A stretch of DNA of 54,498 nucleotides from an uncultured Planctomycetaceae bacterium (GCA_903960945.1 CAJCCR010000311.1:1-54498), one strand, 5' to 3'; positions 16,138-26,069 are shown, numbered from the stretch's first letter. The notes: generated from the sequence alone by a model not told the origin. Program-made: numbers and translations.

Positions 16138-17967
16138 TCAAATGGTATGAGGATTCCTTTTGCGCCAAAAGTAAAAAACAGGAATCCCAGAAGCTACAAT
16201 AATCAAACCAGGCCAAGTATATTCCGGCCTTACGATCAACAAATCAATCATTACAATGGTACAGAGCAAAATATAAAGAAAGGGTAGGAATGGATAGCCC
16301 CAAGCTTTATAAGGGCGAATTTCATTAGGTTTTGTTCTGCGCAAAACGAATAATCCGGAAACTGTAAGGGCATAAAATAGCAGGGCAGCAAAAATAACAT
16401 AGTCCAGCAGTTCGATGTATGTCCCGGAGAAAACTAAAAGAATAGACCATGCGCCCTGAAGTACTAAGCCATATGCAGGCACGCCTCTAGTGTTTAATTC
16501 GCCTGCAGCCTTGAAAAACAGCCCATCGTGAGCCATGGCGTAATATAATCTTGACCCCATTAAAATCATGCCGTTCACACATCCAAAAGTGGATATCATG
16601 ATGGCGATTGCCATAGCAATCATTCCATATTTAGGAAAAATCATTTGTAGAACAGCAGTCCCAACCCGGTCATCCCGTGCATGGGAAATCCCAAGTTCGG
16701 GCGTGCTTCTAACGATTCGTTCGTTAAGCCTTCGATTAGTTTCTTCACTTGCAGAATTGCTTGCATCCTTGGCAATGTCAGCTTTAATTTTAAAGGTAGA
16801 GGCTTCTGCAAGTTTGGATTCCGCATCTTGGATCAGTCTTTTTCCATTGGTTGTTTGACCATCTTTGTCAAGTAATGCAACTCTTGCTTTTAGAAAAAGA
16901 GATTCGCTTTCAAGGCGGTTTGCAGTTGCTGAAAGATAATTGGCTTCTGCGGCGTATTCTTTTCTGATTGCAAGTCCTTCTTCGATTTCAGCTTTAAGTT
17001 GAATGCTGACCAGCGGGTTGCCGTTTGCCTGTAAAACGCAAAGGTATGCAAGATTAACCAAAAGATAAAGAAGGATGACGGATCCCGTGCCGAAAATCAA
17101 ACTCAGTGGTAGATTACGGCTGGGATTACGGATTTCGCCTGCAGTAAAGGTCACATTATTCCAAGCATCAGCACTAAATAAAGACCCAACCATAGCTCCG
17201 CCAGCAACCATAAAAGCAACAAGCCAAGGTGCTCCCCCTACAAGTTCAGAGATTGAATTAAATCGGTCGGTGGAGAAAGAGCCAGCCCAAAGGTCTGCAA
17301 AGTTAAGGTTAATAACCTCTCTGTTCGCACCAATGCTAAATCCAAGAATAATTAGAATGATAAGGCTTAAAGTTTTGATCACCGTGAAAAGATTTTGAAT
17401 CCATTTGCCTTCTTTAACTCCTCTGCAATTAAGCAGTGTGAGAAAAGCAATAATTGCAACCGCAATCATTTGGCCTGAAGTGATTGCGAATTCTGTGCGT
17501 TTGAAAATAATCAAAGGTTCTTTAAGCCAGGGCAGAGGAAGTGAGATTACTAGGTTTAAGCCACTCCAATTGATGATTTTAGCTTCTTCACCGGTGCCTA
17601 GGGTTGGTGCAATGACTCCGAGAAATTTTGAAAAAGCAACTGCAACTGCTGCAATGGATCCTGTTTGAATGACTAGGAACAAACTCCAGCCATAAAGGAA
17701 TCCCCACAGCGGGCCAAAAGCTTCTTTAAGATAGATATACTGCCCACCTGCGCGAGGCATCATCGCTGCGAGTTCAGCGTAGCTGAGTGCGCCTAGAATT
17801 GTCATGAAGCCCGTTAAAATCCAAATCAGCAAAAGGCTTCCAGGGGAACCAACATCACGGATTATGTCTGCGGAAACAATGAAAATGCCGGAACCAATCA
17901 TAGTTCCTGCAACAAGCATTGTAGAATCGAAAAGGCCTAGCCGTTGTTGGAATTGTTTGTTGTCCAT
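16138..17967 (-). CDS. APC-superfamily amino acid permease with a large hydrophilic insertion
   Basis: N-terminal GTMIGSGIF motif and about 12 TM helices. Roughly 113 extra hydrophilic, coiled-coil-like residues (aa 313-425) sit between TM helices. Confidence 0.85.
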   Translation of the reverse strand: MDNKQFQQRLGLFDSTMLVAGTMIGSGIFIVSADIIRDVGSPGSLLLIWILTGFMTILGALSYAELAAMMPRAGGQYIYLKEAFGPLWGFLYGWSLFLVIQTGSIAAVAVAFSKFLGVIAPTLGTGEEAKIINWSGLNLVISLPLPWLKEPLIIFKRTEFAITSGQMIAVAIIAFLTLLNCRGVKEGKWIQNLFTVIKTLSLIILIILGFSIGANREVINLNFADLWAGSFSTDRFNSISELVGGAPWLVAFMVAGGAMVGSLFSADAWNNVTFTAGEIRNPSRNLPLSLIFGTGSVILLYLLVNLAYLCVLQANGNPLVSIQLKAEIEEGLAIRKEYAAEANYLSATANRLESESLFLKARVALLDKDGQTTNGKRLIQDAESKLAEASTFKIKADIAKDASNSASEETNRRLNERIVRSTPELGISHARDDRVGTAVLQMIFPKYGMIAMAIAIMISTFGCVNGMILMGSRLYYAMAHDGLFFKAAGELNTRGVPAYGLVLQGAWSILLVFSGTYIELLDYVIFAALLFYALTVSGLFVLRRTKPNEIRPYKAWGYPFLPFLYILLCTIVMIDLLIVRPEYTWPGLIIVASGIPVFYFWRKRNPHTI

Positions 17968-17969
17968 GC

Positions 17970-19481
17970 TTAAATCTTTTTGGCAAGGTTGTTATCTTCG
18001 ATCCGAAGTTTGCTGTGGTGGAAGCCATAAACAAAGTAAATAGCAAGTCCGATTCCAAGCCAGATGAATAGCCTAACCCAGTTTTCCCAACCTAGAGAGA
18101 ACATGAGTACCAAACATAAAACAATACCGCCAATGGGGCAAAACAGTCCAAGCGGAGCTTTAAAAGAGCGAGGCGCATTCGGGTCTTTGAACCTTAAAAT
18201 AAGTACCGCAGCACAAACCACCACAAAGGCAAACAATGTTCCAATGTTGGTAAGTTCGGCGAGAACATCAAGAGGAAGCAAGCTGCCACCTAATGCAACA
18301 ATTAGCCCGGTAAGCATGGTTGCAAGCCATGGTGTTTGATAAACAGGGTGAACACTGGCGAAAAACTTTTCAGGAAGAAGGCCATCGCGTGCCATCGCCA
18401 AGAAAATTCTTGGTTGCCCACACATCATCACCAAAAGAACGGAGGTAATGCCTGTTAATGCGCCAATAGAAACTAGTAATCTTGCCCAGGGCATACCAAC
18501 TTGTGCAAAAACATTAGCGACCGGGGCTTCTTTTGGAATGTCTTTGTAATTAACCATGCCGGTTAAAACCGCAGCTACCGCAATGTAAAGAACAGTACAA
18601 ATTAAAAGAGAGCCAATGATAGCAAAGGGCATATCACGCTTAGGGTTTTTAGCTTCCTCTGCGTTTGTGGAAACTGCATCAAAACCAAGGTAGGCAAAGA
18701 AAATAAGCGCCGCGCCTGCTAAAACACCAGACGGAGCATTAGTGGCAGGGTTGATATCTCCCCAGACCAAAGTTCCGAAAAAGCTTAAGCCGCCATACCC
18801 GAATGGTGCGAAGTTGTCCGTCCAGTTGGAAGTAACGATGTGAGGAATGCCTGCAATAATGACAAAGAAAACAACAGCAAGTTTGACAACAACCATAATG
18901 CCGTTGATGAAAGCGCTTTCTCGGATGCCTCGCACCAAAATGAAAGTGATGACAAGAGAAATAGCCACTGCAGGCAGATCGAGGATAGAACCCGTTGAAA
19001 CTATTTCGCCACCTTTGGCGATGTCAAAAGGTGCGTTTGTAAGAGCTGTTGGTATATGAAACTCAAATTGTTTCAGTATATCTTGGAAGTATTTAGACCA
19101 ACCGTGTGCGACGGTGCAACTTGCGACCGCATATTCGAGAACGAGATCCCACCCAATGATCCATGCCATCAATTCGCCAAGGGTAAGGTATGCGTAGGTG
19201 TAAGCACTGCCAGCAACAGGGGCCATGGATGCAAATTCTGCGTAGCAGAGTGCTGAAAAAATACATGCAAGGCCTGCAAATACAAAAGAAAGCATAAGTG
19301 CAGGGCCAGTAACATCGCGGGCAGCTTTACCCACTAAAACAAAAATTCCGGTGCCTATGATTGCGCCGATACCAAGAGCAGTTAATGCCCAAGGGCCGAG
19401 CACGCGTTTAAGGCTGTGCCCGCTTTCAGAATCTGCCATCACTTTTTGAAGCGATTTTCGCCGAAATATTCCGTTGGACAT
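17970..19481 (-). CDS. APC-superfamily amino acid permease (cationic amino acid transporter-like)
   Basis: GIGAIIGTGIFVLVG motif, about 13-14 TM helices, 503 aa. GGAG Shine-Dalgarno upstream. The stop is 2 nt from the next start. Confidence 0.88.
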   Translation of the reverse strand: MSNGIFRRKSLQKVMADSESGHSLKRVLGPWALTALGIGAIIGTGIFVLVGKAARDVTGPALMLSFVFAGLACIFSALCYAEFASMAPVAGSAYTYAYLTLGELMAWIIGWDLVLEYAVASCTVAHGWSKYFQDILKQFEFHIPTALTNAPFDIAKGGEIVSTGSILDLPAVAISLVITFILVRGIRESAFINGIMVVVKLAVVFFVIIAGIPHIVTSNWTDNFAPFGYGGLSFFGTLVWGDINPATNAPSGVLAGAALIFFAYLGFDAVSTNAEEAKNPKRDMPFAIIGSLLICTVLYIAVAAVLTGMVNYKDIPKEAPVANVFAQVGMPWARLLVSIGALTGITSVLLVMMCGQPRIFLAMARDGLLPEKFFASVHPVYQTPWLATMLTGLIVALGGSLLPLDVLAELTNIGTLFAFVVVCAAVLILRFKDPNAPRSFKAPLGLFCPIGGIVLCLVLMFSLGWENWVRLFIWLGIGLAIYFVYGFHHSKLRIEDNNLAKKI

Positions 19482-19505
19482 TTTATTACTCCGTTTTTGA
19501 CCACT

Positions 19506-19943
19506 TTAGGCATCAGCAATTAAGGTTACAGGCCCATCATTAACCAGTTCAACTTTCATATCAACGCCAAATTTTCCAGTATGGGTAGTAATTCCCAGTA
19601 ATCTTAATTTTCGGATAAAATGTTCGTACAACGGTTCAGCAATTTCAGGCCTTGCTGCGGTTATAAAACTAGGCCGACGGCCCTTCGAACAATCCCCGTA
19701 AAGTGTAAATTGACTGATAACCAAGATGGCACCGCCCGATTCAACCAAATCGAGGTTCATTTTTCCGTTTGAATCGGGAAATATTCTTAAGCTAGCTGCT
19801 TTTTCAGCGAGCCAATCAGCTTTTTCTTCGTTGTCACCATTGGTTATTCCTAAAAGGATGAGTAGTCCCTTTTGGATTTCGCCTAAAATCTGGCTTTCCA
19901 CCGTGACTTTGGCCATCGATACGCGTTGAATTACGGCACGCAA
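19506..19943 (-). CDS. dtd: D-aminoacyl-tRNA deacylase
   Basis: MRAVIQRV... N-terminus and the SQFTLYGD...KGRRPSF motif. TTG start with GGAG about 10 nt upstream. Confidence 0.92.
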   Translation of the reverse strand: MRAVIQRVSMAKVTVESQILGEIQKGLLILLGITNGDNEEKADWLAEKAASLRIFPDSNGKMNLDLVESGGAILVISQFTLYGDCSKGRRPSFITAARPEIAEPLYEHFIRKLRLLGITTHTGKFGVDMKVELVNDGPVTLIADA

Positions 19944-20113
19944 TGTAAAAACTCCGTTACCAACATCTTTAGAAACAAAGCGAAGTATACGATTTTATAG
20001 AAAAACTGGAAAATCAAATTTATCGTAGAAGCAATTCTGTGGTATATAATCAAAAGAAGAAAAGTTCAGGAAGGAATACTTGAATTAGGAAATTATGTAA
20101 GGGAGTAGTTGAA

Positions 20114-20377
20114 GTGGCACGAGATTTCAGTCCCTACCAGCAAAAAGTCATCAAACGATTTTACGATAACCAAAACCCGATTGCACATCAGCGATTGGCT
20201 GAACTCGTGGGAGAGTTGTATCTAAGCAGCGGAAAGAAAAGGGAAAAAGTTTGGAGCACCATAGTTGAAACTATGAAAAAGCTGGAAGTTCCCGAAGCGC
20301 GAATCAAGCACCTAGTAGAACAAGATAAGCCAGAATTACTGGCTCAGCTTGTTAAGGAACTCGAAGCAAAAAGCTAG
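20114..20377 (+). CDS. small conserved-looking helical protein, 87 aa, function unknown
   Basis: GTG start preceded by AGGGAG. Charged helical sequence. It fills the intergenic space exactly. Confidence 0.55.
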   Translation: MARDFSPYQQKVIKRFYDNQNPIAHQRLAELVGELYLSSGKKREKVWSTIVETMKKLEVPEARIKHLVEQDKPELLAQLVKELEAKS

Positions 20378-20380
20378 TTG

Positions 20381-21190
20381 TTATGCTGCTTCTTGCCTGT
20401 TGGTTTCAAGACTGATGCCCCTGGTTGCAGTGCGAATAAATGCGATGAATTCTGCGACCTCAGGGATGTGGCTTAATTCTTTTTCAACTTTAAGTAGCGA
20501 TTGAGGCAAGATCAAGCCTTCGCGGTAAATAATTTGAAATGCTTTTCGTATTCCATCAATGTTCGTATGTGAAATACCAGCTCTACGCATTCCTATAACA
20601 TTGACGCCTGATACCACATTAATTCGCTGTACAATGATAAAAGGTGGAATGTCTTTAGTCGTGGCAGAAACGCCGCTTAAAAGCGCCAGCCTTCCAACCT
20701 TGGCAAATTGATGCACTGCGCTGTTTCCTGATAAGAAAGCGCCATCTTCCATCACGCAATGCCCTCCCATGAGTGCCCCATTTGCAAGAATACAGCCGTT
20801 GCCTACCCTGCAATCGTGTGCGACATGGCTGTTTGCCATCAAGAAATTGCCGTTTCCAATGACTGTTTCGTTGGAGGAGGTAGTTCCCCGATGAACAGTA
20901 ACGCCTTCACGGATAATGTTGTTGTTGCCAATGATGGTTTTGGTGGGTTCGCCATCATATTTCATATGTTGAGGAGCTTCGCCAAGAATAGCACCACTGT
21001 AAACGATGTTTTTGGAGCCAAGGGAAAGGTTACCAAATAACTTTGCACCTGGTTTGATGACAGAGTTGTGTCCAATTTTTACCGGGCCATCAATAAGGGC
21101 GAGTGCGCCAATTTCTACATTTTCGCCTATCTCAGCGTCGGAAGAGATAATTGCACTTGGATGAATTCTTGCGGTCGAAGAAACAGGCAT
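20381..21190 (-). CDS. lpxA: acyl-ACP--UDP-N-acetylglucosamine O-acyltransferase
   Basis: Left-handed beta-helix hexapeptide repeats, followed by the LpxA C-terminal helical domain (GVNVIGMRRAGISHTNIDGIRKAF). ATG 21190 with GGGGGA upstream is preferred to TTG 21205. Confidence 0.9.
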   Translation of the reverse strand: MPVSSTARIHPSAIISSDAEIGENVEIGALALIDGPVKIGHNSVIKPGAKLFGNLSLGSKNIVYSGAILGEAPQHMKYDGEPTKTIIGNNNIIREGVTVHRGTTSSNETVIGNGNFLMANSHVAHDCRVGNGCILANGALMGGHCVMEDGAFLSGNSAVHQFAKVGRLALLSGVSATTKDIPPFIIVQRINVVSGVNVIGMRRAGISHTNIDGIRKAFQIIYREGLILPQSLLKVEKELSHIPEVAEFIAFIRTATRGISLETNRQEAA

Positions 21191-21399
21191 TGAGATATCC
21201 CCCAAAAACCAAAACTCAAAATAATGAAGCAGAAAGGAAAAGCCTAAACTTTGTAAAAGTTAAAGTTCAGCTGCTTCAAGGAATGATCGTATAAAGCTTT
21301 TTTACGATTCTATCTAGTCCATTTTAATCGGAAGAAGAATGGATAAGCTTAACTTTTGGTCAATAGAATTGTGGAATTGGTTGAAAAAAGGCAAAGATA

Positions 21400-21801
21400 T
21401 CAAATATCTTCGCTGATTTGATCTAAAACCTCTTCATAAACAAAAATAGGAACACTCATGGTGACCGCCAAGGCGATGGCATCACTAGGCCTGCAGTCGA
21501 TTTTCACAAACTTCCCATCCTGCCTAATTTTAAGTGTTGCGAAGTAGGTTTTGTCTTTGAGTTCATTAATTTGAATTTCTTGAAGTTCGCCCCCTAGGCT
21601 TGTTATCGTTTGGCATAATAAATCATGGGTTAGGGGTCTGGGGGAGGGAATCTTTTTAATTTTGCGATCAATGCTAGTGGCTTCAAAAATTCCAATTTGA
21701 ATTGAAAAACTTCTGTCGCCTTCCAGTTCTTTTAAAACGATGACTTGTTGTTCATGAATTTCGCTAATGATAATTCTTCTAAGACCCATTTCGACAGGCA
21801 T
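21400..21801 (-). CDS. bifunctional nuclease (BFN/DUF151) family protein
   Basis: RPLTHDLL ... DCRPSDAIALAV...PIFV motifs. ATG 21801 has an AAGGAG Shine-Dalgarno, and the 15-codon upstream extension is rejected. Confidence 0.82.
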   Translation of the reverse strand: MPVEMGLRRIIISEIHEQQVIVLKELEGDRSFSIQIGIFEATSIDRKIKKIPSPRPLTHDLLCQTITSLGGELQEIQINELKDKTYFATLKIRQDGKFVKIDCRPSDAIALAVTMSVPIFVYEEVLDQISEDI

Positions 21802-21998
21802 AATATTTCTCCTTACATATTCATAATTATATCTTAGCAAGTGCAATTAGTGCTTCGAGCAATAAATTGATCATTTCTTTATTAAAATGCATTTTATAAA
21901 TCAATCTCCAGAATTAATAATTGTTTATGGCAGAGGGCCGAAAATTATGATAATGACATTACTCTGAGATATTGATTTTTTCAGGAATATTCTTGCAG

Positions 21999-22754
21999 AT
22001 GCCAATTGAGTTTAAAGTGTCTTCTGAATCACTTCAGGGGCTTCGTTCAAATAATGAAGACGCAATAAAATGCACTATGGCTGATGGTTTGTTTCTAGCA
22101 TTGGTTGCAGATGGTATGGGCGGTCATGCTTCAGGCGAAGTTGCAAGTACTGAATCCATCAAAAGCATCGAGCAAGAGGTTTTTGACCAAGGACCCTTTT
22201 TAGACGGTTCAGAAGGTGGAGATACTGCACTTATTCACCAAGGATATATTTCTGCCAACCAATCCTTATTGAACCTTTCTCGAGCCAATCCGAAATTTTT
22301 GAACATGGGCACGACCATGGTAGGGCTGTTTTATCGTGAGAATAGCCCAAATGTATTAATTTCTAATCTAGGTGATAGGAGGTGCTATGTGCTGGAAGAT
22401 CAGAAATTGTCATTGATAACAGCGGATCATTCCTTTGCTCATGCGCTTTATATTGCGGGTTCAATCACACTTGCGCAAGTTGCTACCCACCCATTTCGAA
22501 ATCGGATTTATAAATATCTAGGTTCAAAAGATCTTACGGGCGGCCCGGATGTCTTTATCCATCATTTACGTCCCGGGCAAAGATACTTGATTTGTTCGGA
22601 TGGTTTGTCAGGCAGTATAAACTCGGCTGACCTTCAAAATTATCTTGCTACAGAACCTTTGGAAGGTCTTTCCCTTAAACTTTGTCAGATTGCTTTAAAA
22701 AACGGATCAACTGACAACACCTCTGCCATCATTATTGATGTCCTCGAAACCTAA
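21999..22754 (+). CDS. PP2C-family Ser/Thr protein phosphatase
   Basis: NEDA, ADGMGGH and C-terminal GSTDNTSAIIIDV motifs. The start is placed at ATG 21999 (MPIEFKV). Confidence 0.88.
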   Translation: MPIEFKVSSESLQGLRSNNEDAIKCTMADGLFLALVADGMGGHASGEVASTESIKSIEQEVFDQGPFLDGSEGGDTALIHQGYISANQSLLNLSRANPKFLNMGTTMVGLFYRENSPNVLISNLGDRRCYVLEDQKLSLITADHSFAHALYIAGSITLAQVATHPFRNRIYKYLGSKDLTGGPDVFIHHLRPGQRYLICSDGLSGSINSADLQNYLATEPLEGLSLKLCQIALKNGSTDNTSAIIIDVLET

Positions 22755-22769
22755 ATTGCTATTTTGGCA

Positions 22770-23504
22770 TTAGATATAAGTAGCTTTTGAAGGAATAATG
22801 ATAAGCTCGGGGATAACCACATGCTCAGGCAATCTAGCTACAAATAAAACACTTTGAGCAACATCTTCAGGTTGCAAAATAGATTTTTTATGTTCTTCAG
22901 AAACGGGATTGGGTCTAGCTTCAAGAATAGGCGTGTTTACTTCTCCGGGGAAAATGCTGCAGAATCGGATATTGTTTTTGGATTCTTCCGCAGCAGTTGC
23001 AACTACCAAACCATTAAGCCCGAACTTCCCTGCAACATAACCAGGGCCGCCCAAGGGGTTTCCCCGCAATCCAGAGATAGAATTTACAACAATCACCAAC
23101 CCATTTTTTCTTGGCCTCATTCCTTTTAAAACTTCATGAAACACATAATAAGCACTGTCTAGATTTCCTTCCACCAACGACCGCCAGCTTTCTGGATTAA
23201 GTTCCTGAAAAGATCTTTCTTTGACATTCATACCAACACAATGCACCAGAATATCGATGGGGCCAAATGCTTTAATTGTAGAACTGACCGTGTTTTCAAC
23301 TTCTTTTGGTTGGCCAGCATCACAGACCAAAGACAGAACTCTTTCCTTGGATTTTGAAATAAGTTCGGAGGCTTTATCAAGTTTGGTTTTATTCCGTCCA
23401 CAAATGGCAACCTTGGCACCAAGATTGTGAAATGCCTGAGCAGAAGCTAGACCGATACCGCTGCCGCCGCCAGTTACCAAAATTGTTTTTCCTTGAAATT
23501 CCAT
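22770..23504 (-). CDS. SDR-family oxidoreductase
   Basis: TGGGSGIG cofactor motif, NSISG, and the YVAGK (YxxxK) catalytic motif. Confidence 0.88.
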   Translation of the reverse strand: MEFQGKTILVTGGGSGIGLASAQAFHNLGAKVAICGRNKTKLDKASELISKSKERVLSLVCDAGQPKEVENTVSSTIKAFGPIDILVHCVGMNVKERSFQELNPESWRSLVEGNLDSAYYVFHEVLKGMRPRKNGLVIVVNSISGLRGNPLGGPGYVAGKFGLNGLVVATAAEESKNNIRFCSIFPGEVNTPILEARPNPVSEEHKKSILQPEDVAQSVLFVARLPEHVVIPELIIIPSKATYI

Positions 23505-23632
23505 TGTCGTTACCCTTTAGGTGAGGATCTAATAGTGAATCCTAATAATATGATATTATGAGAACAGAAGGCAGATTCATTTTGCTTTTTATTCAGGGAA
23601 ATATATTTCTGTAATTATTGAAGGATCTCAGC

Positions 23633-24782
23633 ATGAATAGTGAATTGAAAAGACGCGTAGAAAATCTGACCATCAGGTTGACCCAGCTACGGGACTCTCT
23701 TTGACATTGCTGGAAAAAAAACACAAAGGCAAACATTAACAGACCTTATGGGCACGCCTGATTTTTGGAACAATCAGGAGAAAGCCCAACAAACAATCAA
23801 TACATTAAAACCTCTCAACGGCCTATTAAAACCGTATGAGGAAATCGAGGTCGCCAATTTAGATATTGGAGCACTTGCAGAGCTTTGCGCAGAAGAAGTC
23901 TCATTGGAGGTTGATCTCGCTGCGGAGTTAGATAAAGCTGACACTAATCTTGCAGAGTTTGAACTGCGCTCCATGCTAAATGGGCCGCAAGATGCCAGCA
24001 ATGCATACCTTCGAATTCAGGCGGGCGGTGGCGGGACTGAGGCCTGTGATTGGGCGCAGATGTTGCTTCGTATGTATTCCCGCTGGGCCGAAAGAAATGG
24101 CTATAAAACTGAAATCGTTGATGAGCTTCGAAACGAAGAGGCAGGTATTAGAAATGCAACACTTCATATTTTAGGAGATTTTGCCTACGGCAACCTTCAA
24201 AGTGAAGCAGGTGTGCATCGCCTAGTTCGGATCAGCCCGTTTGATTCCAATGCCAAGAGGCACACTTCATTTGCAGCGGTCGATGTCATGCCAGAGATCG
24301 ATGGGAATATTCACATCGAAATTCATTCGGACGATTTGGAAAGGCAGACTTTTCGAAGTGGCGGTCCTGGTGGGCAACATCAGAATAAAACGGAAAGTGG
24401 CGTTCGTTATATTCACTTGCCTACGGGGATTGCTGCGGAAAGTCGTAGCGAAAGAAGTCAGCATAAAAATGATGATCTTGCTATGAAACTTCTGAAGGCC
24501 AAGCTTTATCGGATTGAAGAGCAAAAAAGAAAAGCAGAGGTTGAAAAGCTTTACGATGAAAAGGGTGAGGTGGCTTGGGGCTATCAGATTCGCAATTATG
24601 TATTGCAGCCTTACACGCTTGCAAAAGATGTTCGAACCGAGCATCATACTGCGCAAGTTTTTGAGGTTCTTGATGGTGCGATTACAGCTTTTATTCAGGC
24701 ATTTTTGCGCTTGAAAGCCGAAAGGGTTAACAAAAAGCAACCTCATAGGCCTCTGCCTAAGATTAATGATGACGATCTTTAA
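23633..24782 (+). CDS. prfB: peptide chain release factor 2, expressed through a programmed +1 frameshift
   Basis: A 23-codon frame-0 leader (ATG 23633, MNSELKRRVENLTIRLTQLRDSL) ends in CTT TGA C. A +1 shift at 23702 joins the frame of the 23748-24782 ORF. The RF2 SPF motif (RISPFDS) and GGQ motif (SGGPGGQHQNK) are present. Confidence 0.93.
23690..23705 (+). promoter_or_regulatory. prfB +1 recoding site (CGGGAC TCT CTT TGA C)
   Basis: The canonical slippery CUU UGA C is at 23699-23705. A partial SD-like GGGA sits at the same 3-nt spacing as the AGGGGG of the E. coli site. Confidence 0.85.
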
Positions 24783-24798
24783 TGGGTTCTCTAAATAC

Positions 24799-24844
24799 AA
24801 AAACATATCGCCCAGCAAGTTAATTGCAAAGGCGATATGTTTTT
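24799..24844. terminator. bidirectional intrinsic terminator between convergent prfB and apgM
   Basis: Arms AAAAACATATCGCC (24799-24812) and GGCGATATGTTTTT (24831-24844) are perfectly complementary. A small inner GCAA/TTGC hairpin sits between them. A- and T-runs flank the stem on both sides. Confidence 0.75.
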
Positions 24845-24863
24845 AAGTTTACTGCGATCCTTT

Positions 24864-26069
24864 TTACGCACCATATTTCCCAAGCTTGCCCGCATGAGCC
24901 ATCGCAAGGCTCATCAAATATTTAGCTTCAAAATGCCCCAAGCCTCCTTGCAGGCAATAGGATTCTCCAAATTCTGTCACACCATCGGTCCTGCAGGTTG
25001 GAGAAGATATCAAGGTTGGCACTGAATGCCAGCTATGGCTCTTGAGTTTGCTTGGCGTACTGTGATCACCCGTAACGATAAAGACATCTGGTTTTAACGC
25101 TTTGATTCCGGGAATCGCTGCATCTAACTTCTCAATCATTTCTACCTTGGCTTGAAAATTCCCATCTTCCCCGGTGCTATCGGTGTACTTGTAATGCAGG
25201 AAGAAAAATTCGTAATCATTCCAAGATTTCTTGAGGGTTTCAACTTGATCCGCAAGAGAACTTCCAGCGTTTAAGATGTCCATACCTACAAGGCGAGCCA
25301 AGCCCTTATACATGGGGTAAACAGCGATGGCAGCAGATTTAAGGCCGTAAACTTGTTCCATGGTTGCTATTTTTGGGAATGTCGCAAAACCACGAAGGGT
25401 GATCATGTTTGTTGGAGAATCTTGGGCCAGTACCAAGCTTGCTTCGTGAGCAAACTTATTGGTTATTTCGGCAGCTTTTTGCGATTCAGCGTCTTCTCCC
25501 TTGGCTACTAAAGGCTTTAATCCAACTTGTTGTGGATCGGTGTCGTTGACTCGGTCTCCCAATCCAGGAGCACGGAAAACGACAACAAAGCGGTGTTCAC
25601 GAACTGGTTCAACAAAAATTTCGACATCAGGGATTTTGATCTGCTTTAGTTTTTTGCACATCGCAACGCATTGTTCGGTTGTGGGTCTACCTGCTCTGCG
25701 ATCGGATATTTTGCCTTCGGCATCTACAGTGCAAAAGTTCCCACGAATTGCTACATCGTTTTTGCCAACTTCGAAATTAATGCCCAAAGCTTCAAGAATT
25801 CCGCGCCCGATGCGATATTTAAGGGGGTCATAGCCGAACAATCCAAGATGCCCGGGGCCGCTTCCAGGAGTGATTCCAGGCAATACTGGGATACTCATGC
25901 CGCAAATGCCTTCTCGTGCCAGTGTATCCAAATGGGGGGTGCTTGCAGATTCCAGTTCGGTTTTTCCACCCGGAGTCATGGGCAATCCGCCTAAACCATC
26001 TGCAACAAGCAGTACAATTTTAGATTTATTTACTTCTCGTAACTCTACAATCAAATCATGAAGATCCAT
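24864..26069 (-). CDS. apgM: cofactor-independent phosphoglycerate mutase, archaeal/alkaline-phosphatase-type
   Basis: N-terminal LLVADGLGG...GKTELE.A.TPHLD, a central metalloenzyme insert, and C-terminal VTGDHSTP. 401 aa. GGAG Shine-Dalgarno upstream. Confidence 0.8.
   Translation of the reverse strand: MDLHDLIVELREVNKSKIVLLVADGLGGLPMTPGGKTELESASTPHLDTLAREGICGMSIPVLPGITPGSGPGHLGLFGYDPLKYRIGRGILEALGINFEVGKNDVAIRGNFCTVDAEGKISDRRAGRPTTEQCVAMCKKLKQIKIPDVEIFVEPVREHRFVVVFRAPGLGDRVNDTDPQQVGLKPLVAKGEDAESQKAAEITNKFAHEASLVLAQDSPTNMITLRGFATFPKIATMEQVYGLKSAAIAVYPMYKGLARLVGMDILNAGSSLADQVETLKKSWNDYEFFFLHYKYTDSTGEDGNFQAKVEMIEKLDAAIPGIKALKPDVFIVTGDHSTPSKLKSHSWHSVPTLISSPTCRTDGVTEFGESYCLQGGLGHFEAKYLMSLAMAHAGKLGKYGA

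Noticed and set aside
24267-24818. 183-aa ORF antisense to prfB
   Set aside because: prfB is unambiguous (SPF and GGQ motifs). The antisense translation has no recognisable features and an unusual composition.
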